NCBI GenBank assembly: GCA_965204165.1
Contig: OZ241969.1
Coordinates: 4,088,735-4,152,734 of the forward strand
Length of the DNA: 64,000 bases
Direction: 5' to 3'
Origin: Candidatus Poriferihabitaceae bacterium
GTDB taxonomy: Bacteria; Pseudomonadota; Gammaproteobacteria; Arenicellales; Poriferihabitantaceae
Shown piece by piece: positions 37,212 through 45,935 of this stretch; the stretch's first letter is position 1; each line of letters opens with the position of its first letter. The notes under the pieces were generated by a model, which saw only the letters and a program-made list of their open reading frames with translations, was not told the origin of the DNA and made no database searches. The position numbers and the translations under genes were made by a program.

Positions 37212-39611
37212 ATGGTCGCAGTAGCAGTTTCCACAGATCGGGCGATAGAGCCGTCACTACGGAACGCCATTCCGCATTTCCTGCCCCTCGCGGTCTTTCC
37301 CCTGATTTTCGCCGCCGCCCTGTACGGCGGCTGGTGGATCGCCGGGCCGTTCGTCTTTTTCATGATCGCGGGTCCGCTGGACCTTGCCTTCGGCCTGGAC
37401 GGGCGGAACATGAACCCGAGGGCGACACCGGAACACCGGCTGGTCTGGTACAACCTGTCGGCATGGCTTTGGGCATTGCTCTGGCCGGCGGCATTCGTGT
37501 TCACGCTATGGCAGATCTTCATGGTCGGACACCTGGCTCCCTGGGAAGGTGCGCTGCTGGCGATTGTGCTGGGCGTGGAAGGTCAGGGAGTATTCATCGT
37601 CGGGCACGAACTGATTCACCGGCGCACGACGTGGGAGCGGTACGTCGGGGAATTCCTGCTTGCCTCCGTTTCGTACCCGCACTACGCCACGGAACATTTC
37701 TATATCCATCATGCCTATGTCGGCACGCCGAAAGACGTGGGCTCCGCGCCCAAGGGACAGAGCTTCTGGACGTATTTCCCCCGCGAGTTGGCAAGCAACA
37801 TCCTTGGGGCCTGGAAGGTTGAACGCGGACGGATGGCGCACCGGCAGTTGCCGACCTGGCATTTCAGCAATCCGTTCTGGCGGTACGGCCTTGAAACCGC
37901 CGCCTGGTACGCGTTCGTCTATGCGTTGGGGGGATGGTGGTCTGTTCTGATCTTCATGTTCCTGTGTCTCGGGATCGTGTTCTCGATGAAAATCAGCAAC
38001 TACGTCCAGCATTACGGCCTGCGCCGGATACGCCTGCCCAATGGCCGGTTCGAAAGGGTCAGCCTGCGGCATTCATGGGGCGCCGACTACAAGTTCAGCA
38101 ACTGGATGTTCTTCAACATGCAACGCCATCCCGACCACCATGTCTCGGCGGGCAGGCGCTACCCGCTGCTGCAGCATCACGGCGAAGACGAAACTCCCCA
38201 GCTGCCGGGAACCTACGGCACGATGTTTGGCCTGGCCCTGCGCCCGAAGCGCTTCTTCGAGACGATGGACCCTCTGGTGGATCAATGGCGGGCCCACTTC
38301 TACCCCGAAATCGAGGACTGGAGCGCCTACGACAGCCCGGTTTCCGAGGCACGCCCGGAGGCACTCGACGCGATCATGGAGATTTACGGCGCCGCTCCCC
38401 GCCTGGTCAGGGTAATCGAGAGGGACCCGGAACTGCTCGATAGCCTGAAGGACAGGGAGTTCACCGATCTGGAGATGCCCGAGGGATTCGGACCGGACCC
38501 GGAATTTGAAAGGATTGCCCGCAGCGGCCTCGTGCGCGTCTACTGGACCCACGAGTTCGGTGTCGTGGAAATGAAGGAACAGATCGCCGAAATACCGGTA
38601 AAGGATGCCGCCGACGCCGCGGAGATGGTTCGGGACTGGTCGAACAACAAGGTGTTCCAGATCGGCATGCATACGTTGCGCGGCAACCTGACGCCGACCG
38701 AGGCCGGGATCGCGCTGGCCAATGTCGCCGAATCCTCGATCGACGCCGTTCTACAGGCCGTCGTGGAAGATGTTGCCGACCGTGATCCCCGCCCGGACGA
38801 AGGCGGGATGACCGCCGTCATCTTCGACGATCTGGCCAGTCGGGAAGTCGCGCCCCGTGCCGCACTCGAGATCATGTTCGTTTTCGAGGGCGGATCCGCC
38901 GATCGTCATGCGGCCCTGTACCGCCTGTATCATGGGGCACTTCGCATACTGACCCGGGCCAGCCTGCTGTTCGAGCCGACATCGGGGAAAGCCCGCGATC
39001 GCGGCGTCTATGCGCTTGACGAATTCGTGGAACACCACCGGACCGCTCCGGCAAGCGAACTGCTGGACCTGACCCGGGCGCGGTGGATCTTTACCCAGGG
39101 AGAACCCGGTATCGGGCAACGTTTCGATGATGCCCGATATTCCCTGCTTGCCGACGGCCCGACACGGGATGCGCTGATCCGGGAGCTGGGCAACGGGGCA
39201 GGCAATGAAACCAGGACCGGACAATCGCTGATCTCCAGCATGCAACAGGGGCTCCGTGATGTCGAGCGCGCCGCACGCCTGCTGCAGTTGACCCACCTGC
39301 CGGAGATGCCGGGAAGCCTGATTACCAGCAACGCGGCTTCCGTTTTCCAGGCGGGCCAGGCGCTTGAAGTGATTCCCCGTGAGGTTGCGGAGCAACTTTC
39401 CGGGGCTGCCCGCATGTGGCGGAACCTGTACGGCATCCGGCAACTGGTCATGGAGGATGACACGCCGGTCGAATCCATGCCAGACAAGGTCAGGACGGCC
39501 TTTGCCCGGTCCTGCGACCATGCCGATTTCGACGAGTTGACCGAAGCGGTCCGGGAAGCCACCGCCGCCACCGAGAGCGGACTGGCCGCCATCATCGCCC
39601 GGGGCAGTTGA
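37212..39611 (+). CDS. AlkB-like membrane di-iron hydroxylase/desaturase fused to a degenerate GlnE-like (adenylyltransferase-type) domain
   Basis: His boxes HELIHRR, EHFYIHH, NYVQHYGL and MQRHPDHH lie in residues ~130-340. Residues ~400-799 resemble GlnE repeats (..IGMHTLRGNLTPTEAG.., ..LDLTRARWIF.., ..GLRDVERAARLLQL..) but lack the GKLGG-type motif. Confidence 0.75.
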   Translation: MVAVAVSTDRAIEPSLRNAIPHFLPLAVFPLIFAAALYGGWWIAGPFVFFMIAGPLDLAFGLDGRNMNPRATPEHRLVWYNLSAWLWALLWPAAFVFTLWQIFMVGHLAPWEGALLAIVLGVEGQGVFIVGHELIHRRTTWERYVGEFLLASVSYPHYATEHFYIHHAYVGTPKDVGSAPKGQSFWTYFPRELASNILGAWKVERGRMAHRQLPTWHFSNPFWRYGLETAAWYAFVYALGGWWSVLIFMFLCLGIVFSMKISNYVQHYGLRRIRLPNGRFERVSLRHSWGADYKFSNWMFFNMQRHPDHHVSAGRRYPLLQHHGEDETPQLPGTYGTMFGLALRPKRFFETMDPLVDQWRAHFYPEIEDWSAYDSPVSEARPEALDAIMEIYGAAPRLVRVIERDPELLDSLKDREFTDLEMPEGFGPDPEFERIARSGLVRVYWTHEFGVVEMKEQIAEIPVKDAADAAEMVRDWSNNKVFQIGMHTLRGNLTPTEAGIALANVAESSIDAVLQAVVEDVADRDPRPDEGGMTAVIFDDLASREVAPRAALEIMFVFEGGSADRHAALYRLYHGALRILTRASLLFEPTSGKARDRGVYALDEFVEHHRTAPASELLDLTRARWIFTQGEPGIGQRFDDARYSLLADGPTRDALIRELGNGAGNETRTGQSLISSMQQGLRDVERAARLLQLTHLPEMPGSLITSNAASVFQAGQALEVIPREVAEQLSGAARMWRNLYGIRQLVMEDDTPVESMPDKVRTAFARSCDHADFDELTEAVREATAATESGLAAIIARGS

Positions 39612-39668
39612 CGGAACCGCCAGGTGCGGCAACATGCAGGGCACAGTACAACAAGACCGGTGCAGGCC

Positions 39669-39761
39669 ATGACCACCCCGGGTTCCGCCTGCGGGTGCGG
39701 GATGTGCCGCGGCGGCTGTTGCGCCGGAAACCTGAAAGAAATCATGCGCAGCCATGGATGA
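39669..39761 (+). CDS. candidate Cys/Gly-rich small ORF (30 aa; 45 aa if GTG 39624)
   Basis: MTTPGSACGCGMCRGGCCAGNLKEIMRSHG. Its stop overlaps the heterocyclase start (ATGGATGA). Not in the ORF track because it is under 60 aa. No strong RBS. Confidence 0.3.
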   Translation: MTTPGSACGCGMCRGGCCAGNLKEIMRSHG

Positions 39762-42054
39762 ACGCGGGCGGCTGAAGGCTACTGCCGCAGACTTAAGTGA
39801 GATAGAACGACCGGTACTTACACCGCATCTCGAATACCGCCCGATCGGCGACGGGCAGGTGCTCCTGGTTTCCGAGACCTTCAACACACTGCTGCACGGA
39901 AAGGTATACGGGGACCTCCTGCCGCTGCTGGACGGCAGCCGCGCGCGGGAAAGCATCGTCGTGGCCCTTGACGGGATGCATCCGGCAGCGGACGTGCGCA
40001 AGGCCCTGGCCTCCCTGGCCGCCAAGGGCTACGTCGTTTCGGGCGATCACGGCATGGACCGGGGCAAGGCGGCATTCTGGTCCTCTCTCGGCGCGTCCCC
40101 CCGCCGGGCCGAGGAGCGGTTGGGTGCCGCGGGGGTGGCGATTCATGGCGACGACGGACGTCTCGCGGAACGGCTTGAAAGCCTGGGTGTTGCACCCGGT
40201 TCCGACAGCCCCGCCCTGTCCGTCTATGTTGCCTCCGACTATCTCGATGACGAATATGACGGGATCAACCGGCATCACCTGGAATCCGGCACGCCCTGGA
40301 TTCTGATCCGGCCGAGGGGCATGCAGCCCCTCTTCGGTCCCGTCTTCCGGCCCGCGGAGGACAGTCCCTGCTGGGCGTGCCTCTCCTACCGGTTACGGAA
40401 CAACCAGGAAGTCCATTCCTTCTTGCGCAACCTCTCCGGCAAGGCGGCGGCCTTCCGACCCACTGCAGCCGAACCGGCGGTACTGGACGTCGTCTGCGGA
40501 ATGGTCGCCGTCGAGATTGCCAAGTGGCTGGTTCTCGGCAAAGCGGCACCGCTGCACGACAAGGCAATCACACTGGATACTGCCGGCATGAACTGCGAGC
40601 ATCATCCGGTCGTCCGCCGGCCGCAATGCCCGGTTTGCGGCAGCGAGGCGTACTACAGCCCCGACCGGCCGGCAACGCCGGTACGGCTGCAGGCCAGCCC
40701 GAAGGAGCTTCGCAACAGCGGCGGTTTGCGTGCCATGTCGCCTGCACGGACACTGGAAAAGTATGAGCACCTGATCAGCCCGGTGAGCGGTGTCGTCACA
40801 TGGGTCGCGCGCACGACGCCGAAGACGGATTCCTGGCTGCATGTACACTGGGCCGGCAGCAATCTCGCATTGAGAATCAAGAACCTGAGTTCACTGCGCC
40901 GCAGCCTGCGGAGCAAGAGCGCCGGCAAGGGAAGCACTGCGGAGCAATCCAGGGTGAGTGCCCTGTGCGAGGCGATCGAACGCTATTCCGGGGCCTTCCA
41001 TGGCGACGAAATCCGCTGCCGCAGACGTCTGGCGGATTTTGCCGGCAACGCAGACGGGCAGGCGATACACCCGAACGAAGTCCAGTTGTTCAGCGGTTGG
41101 CAACTCGACCATGCGGAAAAGATCAACGCCCGCGGCCACCCCTACAATGTCGTTCCGCCCCGGTTCGACCCGGACAGGGAACTGGACTGGTCTCCCGTGT
41201 GGTCGCCCACCCGGGACCGGCAGCGCTATCTGCCGACAGCCATGCTCTACGGAATGACCCCGGAACAGCGCGGCACCGCGGGGCTCTGGGCCGATTCCAA
41301 TGGATGCGCCGCCGGCAACACCCTCGAGGAAGCCGTGTTGCAGGGATTCTATGAACTGGTCGAACGCGACGCCTTTGCAATCTGGTGGTACAACCGACTG
41401 CAAAGACCCGGCGTGGACCTCGAAAGCTTTGGCGACGAATACCTGGCATCCGCGCCCGGTTACTACCGTGAATATCATCGTGACATGTGGGTGCTGGACC
41501 TCACCGGTGACCTGGAGATCCCCGCCTTCGTTGCACTGTCCCGCAGGACCGACAGCGAAACGGAAGACATCATCTACGGTGCCGGCGCACACTCCGATCC
41601 GCAAATTGCGGCCCTCAGGGCCGTTCGCGAGCTGAACCAGTGCCTGACCTGGGTTCCCCGCCCGGGCACTGGCCACACCCGCTACGGGGTCGACGACCCG
41701 ATGTGCCTCTGGTGGTGGAAGAACGGGAAACTGGCGGACAACCCCCACCTCGCGCCTCTGCCCAATGCCAGGCTGCGAAGCAGTTCGGATTACGCGCCTC
41801 CGGAAACGGAGGATCTGAGACAGGACGTGGAATGGTGCCGGGGGCTGGTTGAGGCCAGGGGGATGGAGTTTCTGGTACTCGACCAGACCCGCCCAGACAT
41901 CGGCATGCCGGTGGTGCGCGTGATCGTGCCCGGCCTGCGTCATTTCTGGGAACGGTTCGCTCCGGGACGCCTTTACGATGTGCCGGTGGCACTGGGCTGG
42001 ACCGGGCAACCACTCAAGGAATCCGACCTGAATCCCGTGCCCGTCATTGCTTGA
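39754..42054 (+). CDS. PatD/TruD-like fused E1-like (RRE) + YcaO cyclodehydratase (azoline-forming heterocyclase)
   Basis: 766 aa. N-terminus LEYRPIGDGQVLLVSETFNTLLHGKVYGDLLPLLDG parallels cyanobactin heterocyclases. YcaO motif SALCEAIERYSG and a Pro-rich C-terminus NPVPVIA. Confidence 0.9.
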   Translation: MDERGRLKATAADLSEIERPVLTPHLEYRPIGDGQVLLVSETFNTLLHGKVYGDLLPLLDGSRARESIVVALDGMHPAADVRKALASLAAKGYVVSGDHGMDRGKAAFWSSLGASPRRAEERLGAAGVAIHGDDGRLAERLESLGVAPGSDSPALSVYVASDYLDDEYDGINRHHLESGTPWILIRPRGMQPLFGPVFRPAEDSPCWACLSYRLRNNQEVHSFLRNLSGKAAAFRPTAAEPAVLDVVCGMVAVEIAKWLVLGKAAPLHDKAITLDTAGMNCEHHPVVRRPQCPVCGSEAYYSPDRPATPVRLQASPKELRNSGGLRAMSPARTLEKYEHLISPVSGVVTWVARTTPKTDSWLHVHWAGSNLALRIKNLSSLRRSLRSKSAGKGSTAEQSRVSALCEAIERYSGAFHGDEIRCRRRLADFAGNADGQAIHPNEVQLFSGWQLDHAEKINARGHPYNVVPPRFDPDRELDWSPVWSPTRDRQRYLPTAMLYGMTPEQRGTAGLWADSNGCAAGNTLEEAVLQGFYELVERDAFAIWWYNRLQRPGVDLESFGDEYLASAPGYYREYHRDMWVLDLTGDLEIPAFVALSRRTDSETEDIIYGAGAHSDPQIAALRAVRELNQCLTWVPRPGTGHTRYGVDDPMCLWWWKNGKLADNPHLAPLPNARLRSSSDYAPPETEDLRQDVEWCRGLVEARGMEFLVLDQTRPDIGMPVVRVIVPGLRHFWERFAPGRLYDVPVALGWTGQPLKESDLNPVPVIA

Positions 42055-42202
42055 GGGCCGTCACGAACCCCGGAACAAACCGCCCCATCAGCCTACGGCC
42101 GGAGGACCACGCGTATGCGGTCCGGCGGCACCCGTCTAGAGCGGCTGCGGATAAAGTTTGTTAGAATGTTTGCCCTACTTCACAACCTTCCTGAATTCGA
42201 AC

Positions 42203-42853
42203 ATGGATTTCGAAGCAGCACGTGCCAACATGATCGATCAGCAGATCCGGCCCTGGAACGTGCTGGACCTGCAGACGCTGAACGCCCTGGAATCGGTAAG
42301 ACGCGAGGACTTCGTGCCCAAGGACTACCGGAATCTGGCGTTCGCGGATGTGAAGATTCCCCTGGGGGACGGCGAAGTGATGCTGGAACCCAAGGTCAGC
42401 GCACGGATGATGGAGTCACTGCAACTCTCCACGAACGACAGGGTGCTGGAAGTCGGCACCGGGACGGGCTACCTCACCGCAGTACTCAGCCAGGTCTGTG
42501 CCCATGTAACCAGCGTGGAAATCAACCCGGCACTTTTGGAGCAGGCGCGGCGGAATCTCGGCATGGCCGGCCTTGAGAACGTTGCCCTGGAACAGGGGGA
42601 TGCACATGACGGCTGGGGAACCGAAGGCGCCTACGACGCCATCGTGGTGAACGGTTCCATGGCCCGGATTTCGGACGGGCTGCTCGCCGGACTCGCAAAG
42701 GATGGACGTCTCGTGGGAATCGAGGGCCATTCTCCTGCCATGCGGGTTGTGCTTTATCAGCGCACCGACGGGGGCGTGACGCACCGCAGCCTGTTCGAGA
42801 CCGAGGCCCCGCGCCTGAAAAACGCCGAAGATCCCCCGGAGTTCGAATTTTGA
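42203..42853 (+). CDS. protein-L-isoaspartate O-methyltransferase-like SAM methyltransferase
   Basis: VLEVGTGTGYLTAVLS. Conserved pairing with tolC. Start at MDFEAARA (ATG 42203). Confidence 0.8.
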   Translation: MDFEAARANMIDQQIRPWNVLDLQTLNALESVRREDFVPKDYRNLAFADVKIPLGDGEVMLEPKVSARMMESLQLSTNDRVLEVGTGTGYLTAVLSQVCAHVTSVEINPALLEQARRNLGMAGLENVALEQGDAHDGWGTEGAYDAIVVNGSMARISDGLLAGLAKDGRLVGIEGHSPAMRVVLYQRTDGGVTHRSLFETEAPRLKNAEDPPEFEF

Positions 42854-42902
42854 CTTTCCGAATTCGGGATTTTTCCATATACATTTCATCCGGGTTACTG
42901 TC

Positions 42903-44288
42903 ATGAAAAGAATACCTGGCGCGGTGCCTGCGACTCTTCGGGGGATTCTGCTGTCGATGATGCTGACAGGCAGTTACACTGCAAACGGCGAAGACCTCTG
43001 GGATGTCTACCAGTTGGCGCTTGAAAGCGATGCCATCTATCTCGCCGCCAAGGAAAGCTACGAGGCCGCCCGGCTCAATCTGCCCCTGGCCCGGACCGGC
43101 TTCAAGCCCACCGTCAACGGCAAGGGGACACTCGGTAAGCAGCGCAGCGATTTCAGGGGCCCGACCACCACCGGCGACAATAACGAGATCAGCGTCAACC
43201 TCAACCTCCCGCTGCTGAACCGGACGACCCGGATCCAGATCAGCCAGGCTGAACTGGAGGTGCAACGGGCACTCCTGCAGTTCGACAACGCAAGGGACGA
43301 CCTGACCCTGCGGGTGGCGGAGCGTTACTTCAACCTCCTGGCCGCCCGGGACGCCAAGGAGGTGGCCCGGCTGCAGAAGATCGCCATCAAGCGGCAGATG
43401 GACCTGGCGGAGGAAAGGCTCGAGGTCGGTCTTGGAACCCGTACCGACCTGTTTGATGCCCGGGCGCGTTTCCAGCAGGCGGACGCCGACCTGATCGCAT
43501 CCGACATCGAGATCAGCAATGCGCGCCAAGCGCTGATCGAGATCATCAACATCACCCCGCGGACCATCTCCGAACTGGCGGAGGATTCCCCCCTGGACCC
43601 GCCGGAACCCGACGATATCGATCACTGGGTAAACCTTGCGCGAACCAACAACCTCCAGGTCAAATCGGAGGAACTGAACCTCCTGCTGGCCGGCCACGAG
43701 GTGGACCGGCAACGGGCGAGACGAAGCCCCACGGTGGCTTTCGAGGCCAGCCAGCGCTGGGCCGACAACGGCAGCGGTGCCGGGGGCGGCGCGACCAACA
43801 GTACCAGCCTCGGGGTGACCCTGAATCTGCCGCTGTACCTGGGCGGCTCCGTGGACCTGAGAACCCGGCAGGCGGGCCTGCGCCAGAACGAGGCGGAACA
43901 GGTTCTCGAGGCGTCCCGCCGCAGCGCGACGTCATCCACCACCACCGCCTTTCTCGCGATCACCAACGGCATCAGCCAGGTAATCGCGCTGGCGGAAGCC
44001 ATCGTGGCCGGCGAAAGTGCGCTCAAGGCCAAGGAGGAAGGCTTCAGCGCCGGCCTGACCACAAACCTAGACGTGCTCGACGCCCAGCGGGACCTGTCCT
44101 TGTCCCGCACGAACTATCTGCGGGCCCGGTACAACTACATCCTTTCGCTCCTGCGCCTGGAAAAGGCCACCGGTGACCTGGGCGACGAGGACATCCGGTT
44201 CATCAACGGCTGGCTCAGCGACCGGAACACCGCCTACCGGGACGAGGAATTCTTAAGGGACTTCCCTTTCATCAAGCCGCTCGGGTAG
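42903..44288 (+). CDS. tolC: TolC-family outer membrane channel
   Basis: 461 aa with signal peptide and two OEP repeats (DLWDVYQLALESD..., NYLRARYNYILSLLRLEKATG). Confidence 0.9.
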   Translation: MKRIPGAVPATLRGILLSMMLTGSYTANGEDLWDVYQLALESDAIYLAAKESYEAARLNLPLARTGFKPTVNGKGTLGKQRSDFRGPTTTGDNNEISVNLNLPLLNRTTRIQISQAELEVQRALLQFDNARDDLTLRVAERYFNLLAARDAKEVARLQKIAIKRQMDLAEERLEVGLGTRTDLFDARARFQQADADLIASDIEISNARQALIEIINITPRTISELAEDSPLDPPEPDDIDHWVNLARTNNLQVKSEELNLLLAGHEVDRQRARRSPTVAFEASQRWADNGSGAGGGATNSTSLGVTLNLPLYLGGSVDLRTRQAGLRQNEAEQVLEASRRSATSSTTTAFLAITNGISQVIALAEAIVAGESALKAKEEGFSAGLTTNLDVLDAQRDLSLSRTNYLRARYNYILSLLRLEKATGDLGDEDIRFINGWLSDRNTAYRDEEFLRDFPFIKPLG

Positions 44289-44475
44289 ATCAGACGGCCC
44301 TGGGGCAAACCGGCGCAGGGCAATCCGCAGGCAGGGATGGCCGGAATCACCCGGCCAGTTGCGCTTCTTGGCTCCCGGCGACCGCCTCCCCCCGGCGCAT
44401 CACCCGTATCCCGTCACTGCCGGTCATGCCGACGGCATCCGCGGCCGCACGGTCCGCCGCAGGTGAAGGATGGCG

Positions 44476-45924
44476 TCAATTCTTCCAGAACACCGGACTG
44501 AACAGCACGAGCAGTGTAAACAGCTCCAGCCGGCCCAGCAGCATGGCCGCGATCAGGATGACCTTTCCCCCATCCGCGACACCGGCGTAGTTCTGCGATA
44601 CACCGGCCAGCCCCGGTCCCAGGTTGTTCAGGCAGGCGGTAACCGCCGAGAATGCCGTGACGTGGTCGCTGCCGGTTCCGATCAGTGCAACCAACAGGAT
44701 GACGTAGCTCAGGACGTAGAGCGCGAAAAAACCCCATACCGCATTGATGACGTTTTCCTGCACCAGCTTTCCGCCGATCTTGATGGGTATGACCGCGTTC
44801 GGATGCACCAGCCGGGTGGTTTCCCGGGAACCCTGCTTGAACAGCAGAAGGAGCCGGATCACCTTGATGCCTCCGGCCGTGGAGCCGGCGCATCCGCCGA
44901 TGGTGCTCATGAGGATCAGCAGCACGGGGAGAAACGAAGGCCAAAGATGGAATTCCGATGTGATGAACCCGGTGGTGGTCACCACGGAAATGACCTGCAC
45001 GGCGCCGTCGACGACCGTTTCCTGCAGGTCGGAAAAGTGCTCGTACCGGTGCAATACGAAGACACTGAGCAGCGAAATGCCGGCCACAATCAACAGGTAG
45101 GTGCGGGCTTCGGGATCCTCCAGATAGGTCCGTACGCGCCTGGAGTAGAACGCGGTGTAGTGCAGCGCGAAATTGAATCCGGACAGCAGCATGAACACGC
45201 CTGCAACGAGATTGACGGCGTTGCTGTCGAACCAGGCCAGGCTGTCGTCATGGGTGGAGAATCCGCCGATGGCGACGGTGGAGTAAGCATGGCAGAGTGC
45301 GTCGAACCAACTCATGCCTGCCATCCGGTAACCGAGCATGCAGGCGAGGGTCAGCGTCACGTAGACGTACCAGAGCTTCTTGGCTGTTTCCGCGATTCTT
45401 GGCGCCAGCCGGTTCTGCTTCATCGGGCCCGGCGTCTCTGCACGGTAGAGCTGCATGCCCCCGACCCCCAGCATGGGCATGACTGCCACCGCCAGCACGA
45501 TGATCCCCATGCCGCCGAGCCACTGAAGCTGCTGCCGGTAGTAGAGAATGGACGGCGGGAGCCCGTCGATGCCGGTGAGCACGGAGGCGCCGGTCGTGCT
45601 GAGCCCGGACATGGACTCGAACAACGCGTCGATCACACCCAGTGACGGAGATTCCAGCAGTAACAGCGGCACCGCACTGAGACTGGACAGCACGGTCCAG
45701 AACAGCACTACGATGAGAAATCCTTCGCGAAACCGCAACTCCCTGGGGTCATTCCGCAACGGGAACCAGAACAGCAAGCCCAGTCCCAGAATCAGGCAAA
45801 AAGCGATGATGAAGGGCATCAGCTGGCCGTCTTTCCAGATCCAGGACACCAGCATCGGCGGCAGCATGGAGGTACTGTAAAGACCCAGCATGATGCCAAG
45901 AATACGGAATACCGGGGAGCGCAC
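44476..45924 (-). CDS. trkH: Trk potassium uptake system membrane subunit
   Basis: 482 aa polytopic protein with repeated selectivity-filter-like GF/GG motifs. Adjacent to trkA. Confidence 0.95.
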   Translation of the reverse strand: MRSPVFRILGIMLGLYSTSMLPPMLVSWIWKDGQLMPFIIAFCLILGLGLLFWFPLRNDPRELRFREGFLIVVLFWTVLSSLSAVPLLLLESPSLGVIDALFESMSGLSTTGASVLTGIDGLPPSILYYRQQLQWLGGMGIIVLAVAVMPMLGVGGMQLYRAETPGPMKQNRLAPRIAETAKKLWYVYVTLTLACMLGYRMAGMSWFDALCHAYSTVAIGGFSTHDDSLAWFDSNAVNLVAGVFMLLSGFNFALHYTAFYSRRVRTYLEDPEARTYLLIVAGISLLSVFVLHRYEHFSDLQETVVDGAVQVISVVTTTGFITSEFHLWPSFLPVLLILMSTIGGCAGSTAGGIKVIRLLLLFKQGSRETTRLVHPNAVIPIKIGGKLVQENVINAVWGFFALYVLSYVILLVALIGTGSDHVTAFSAVTACLNNLGPGLAGVSQNYAGVADGGKVILIAAMLLGRLELFTLLVLFSPVFWKN

Positions 45925-45935
45925 GGGTTCTGTTC

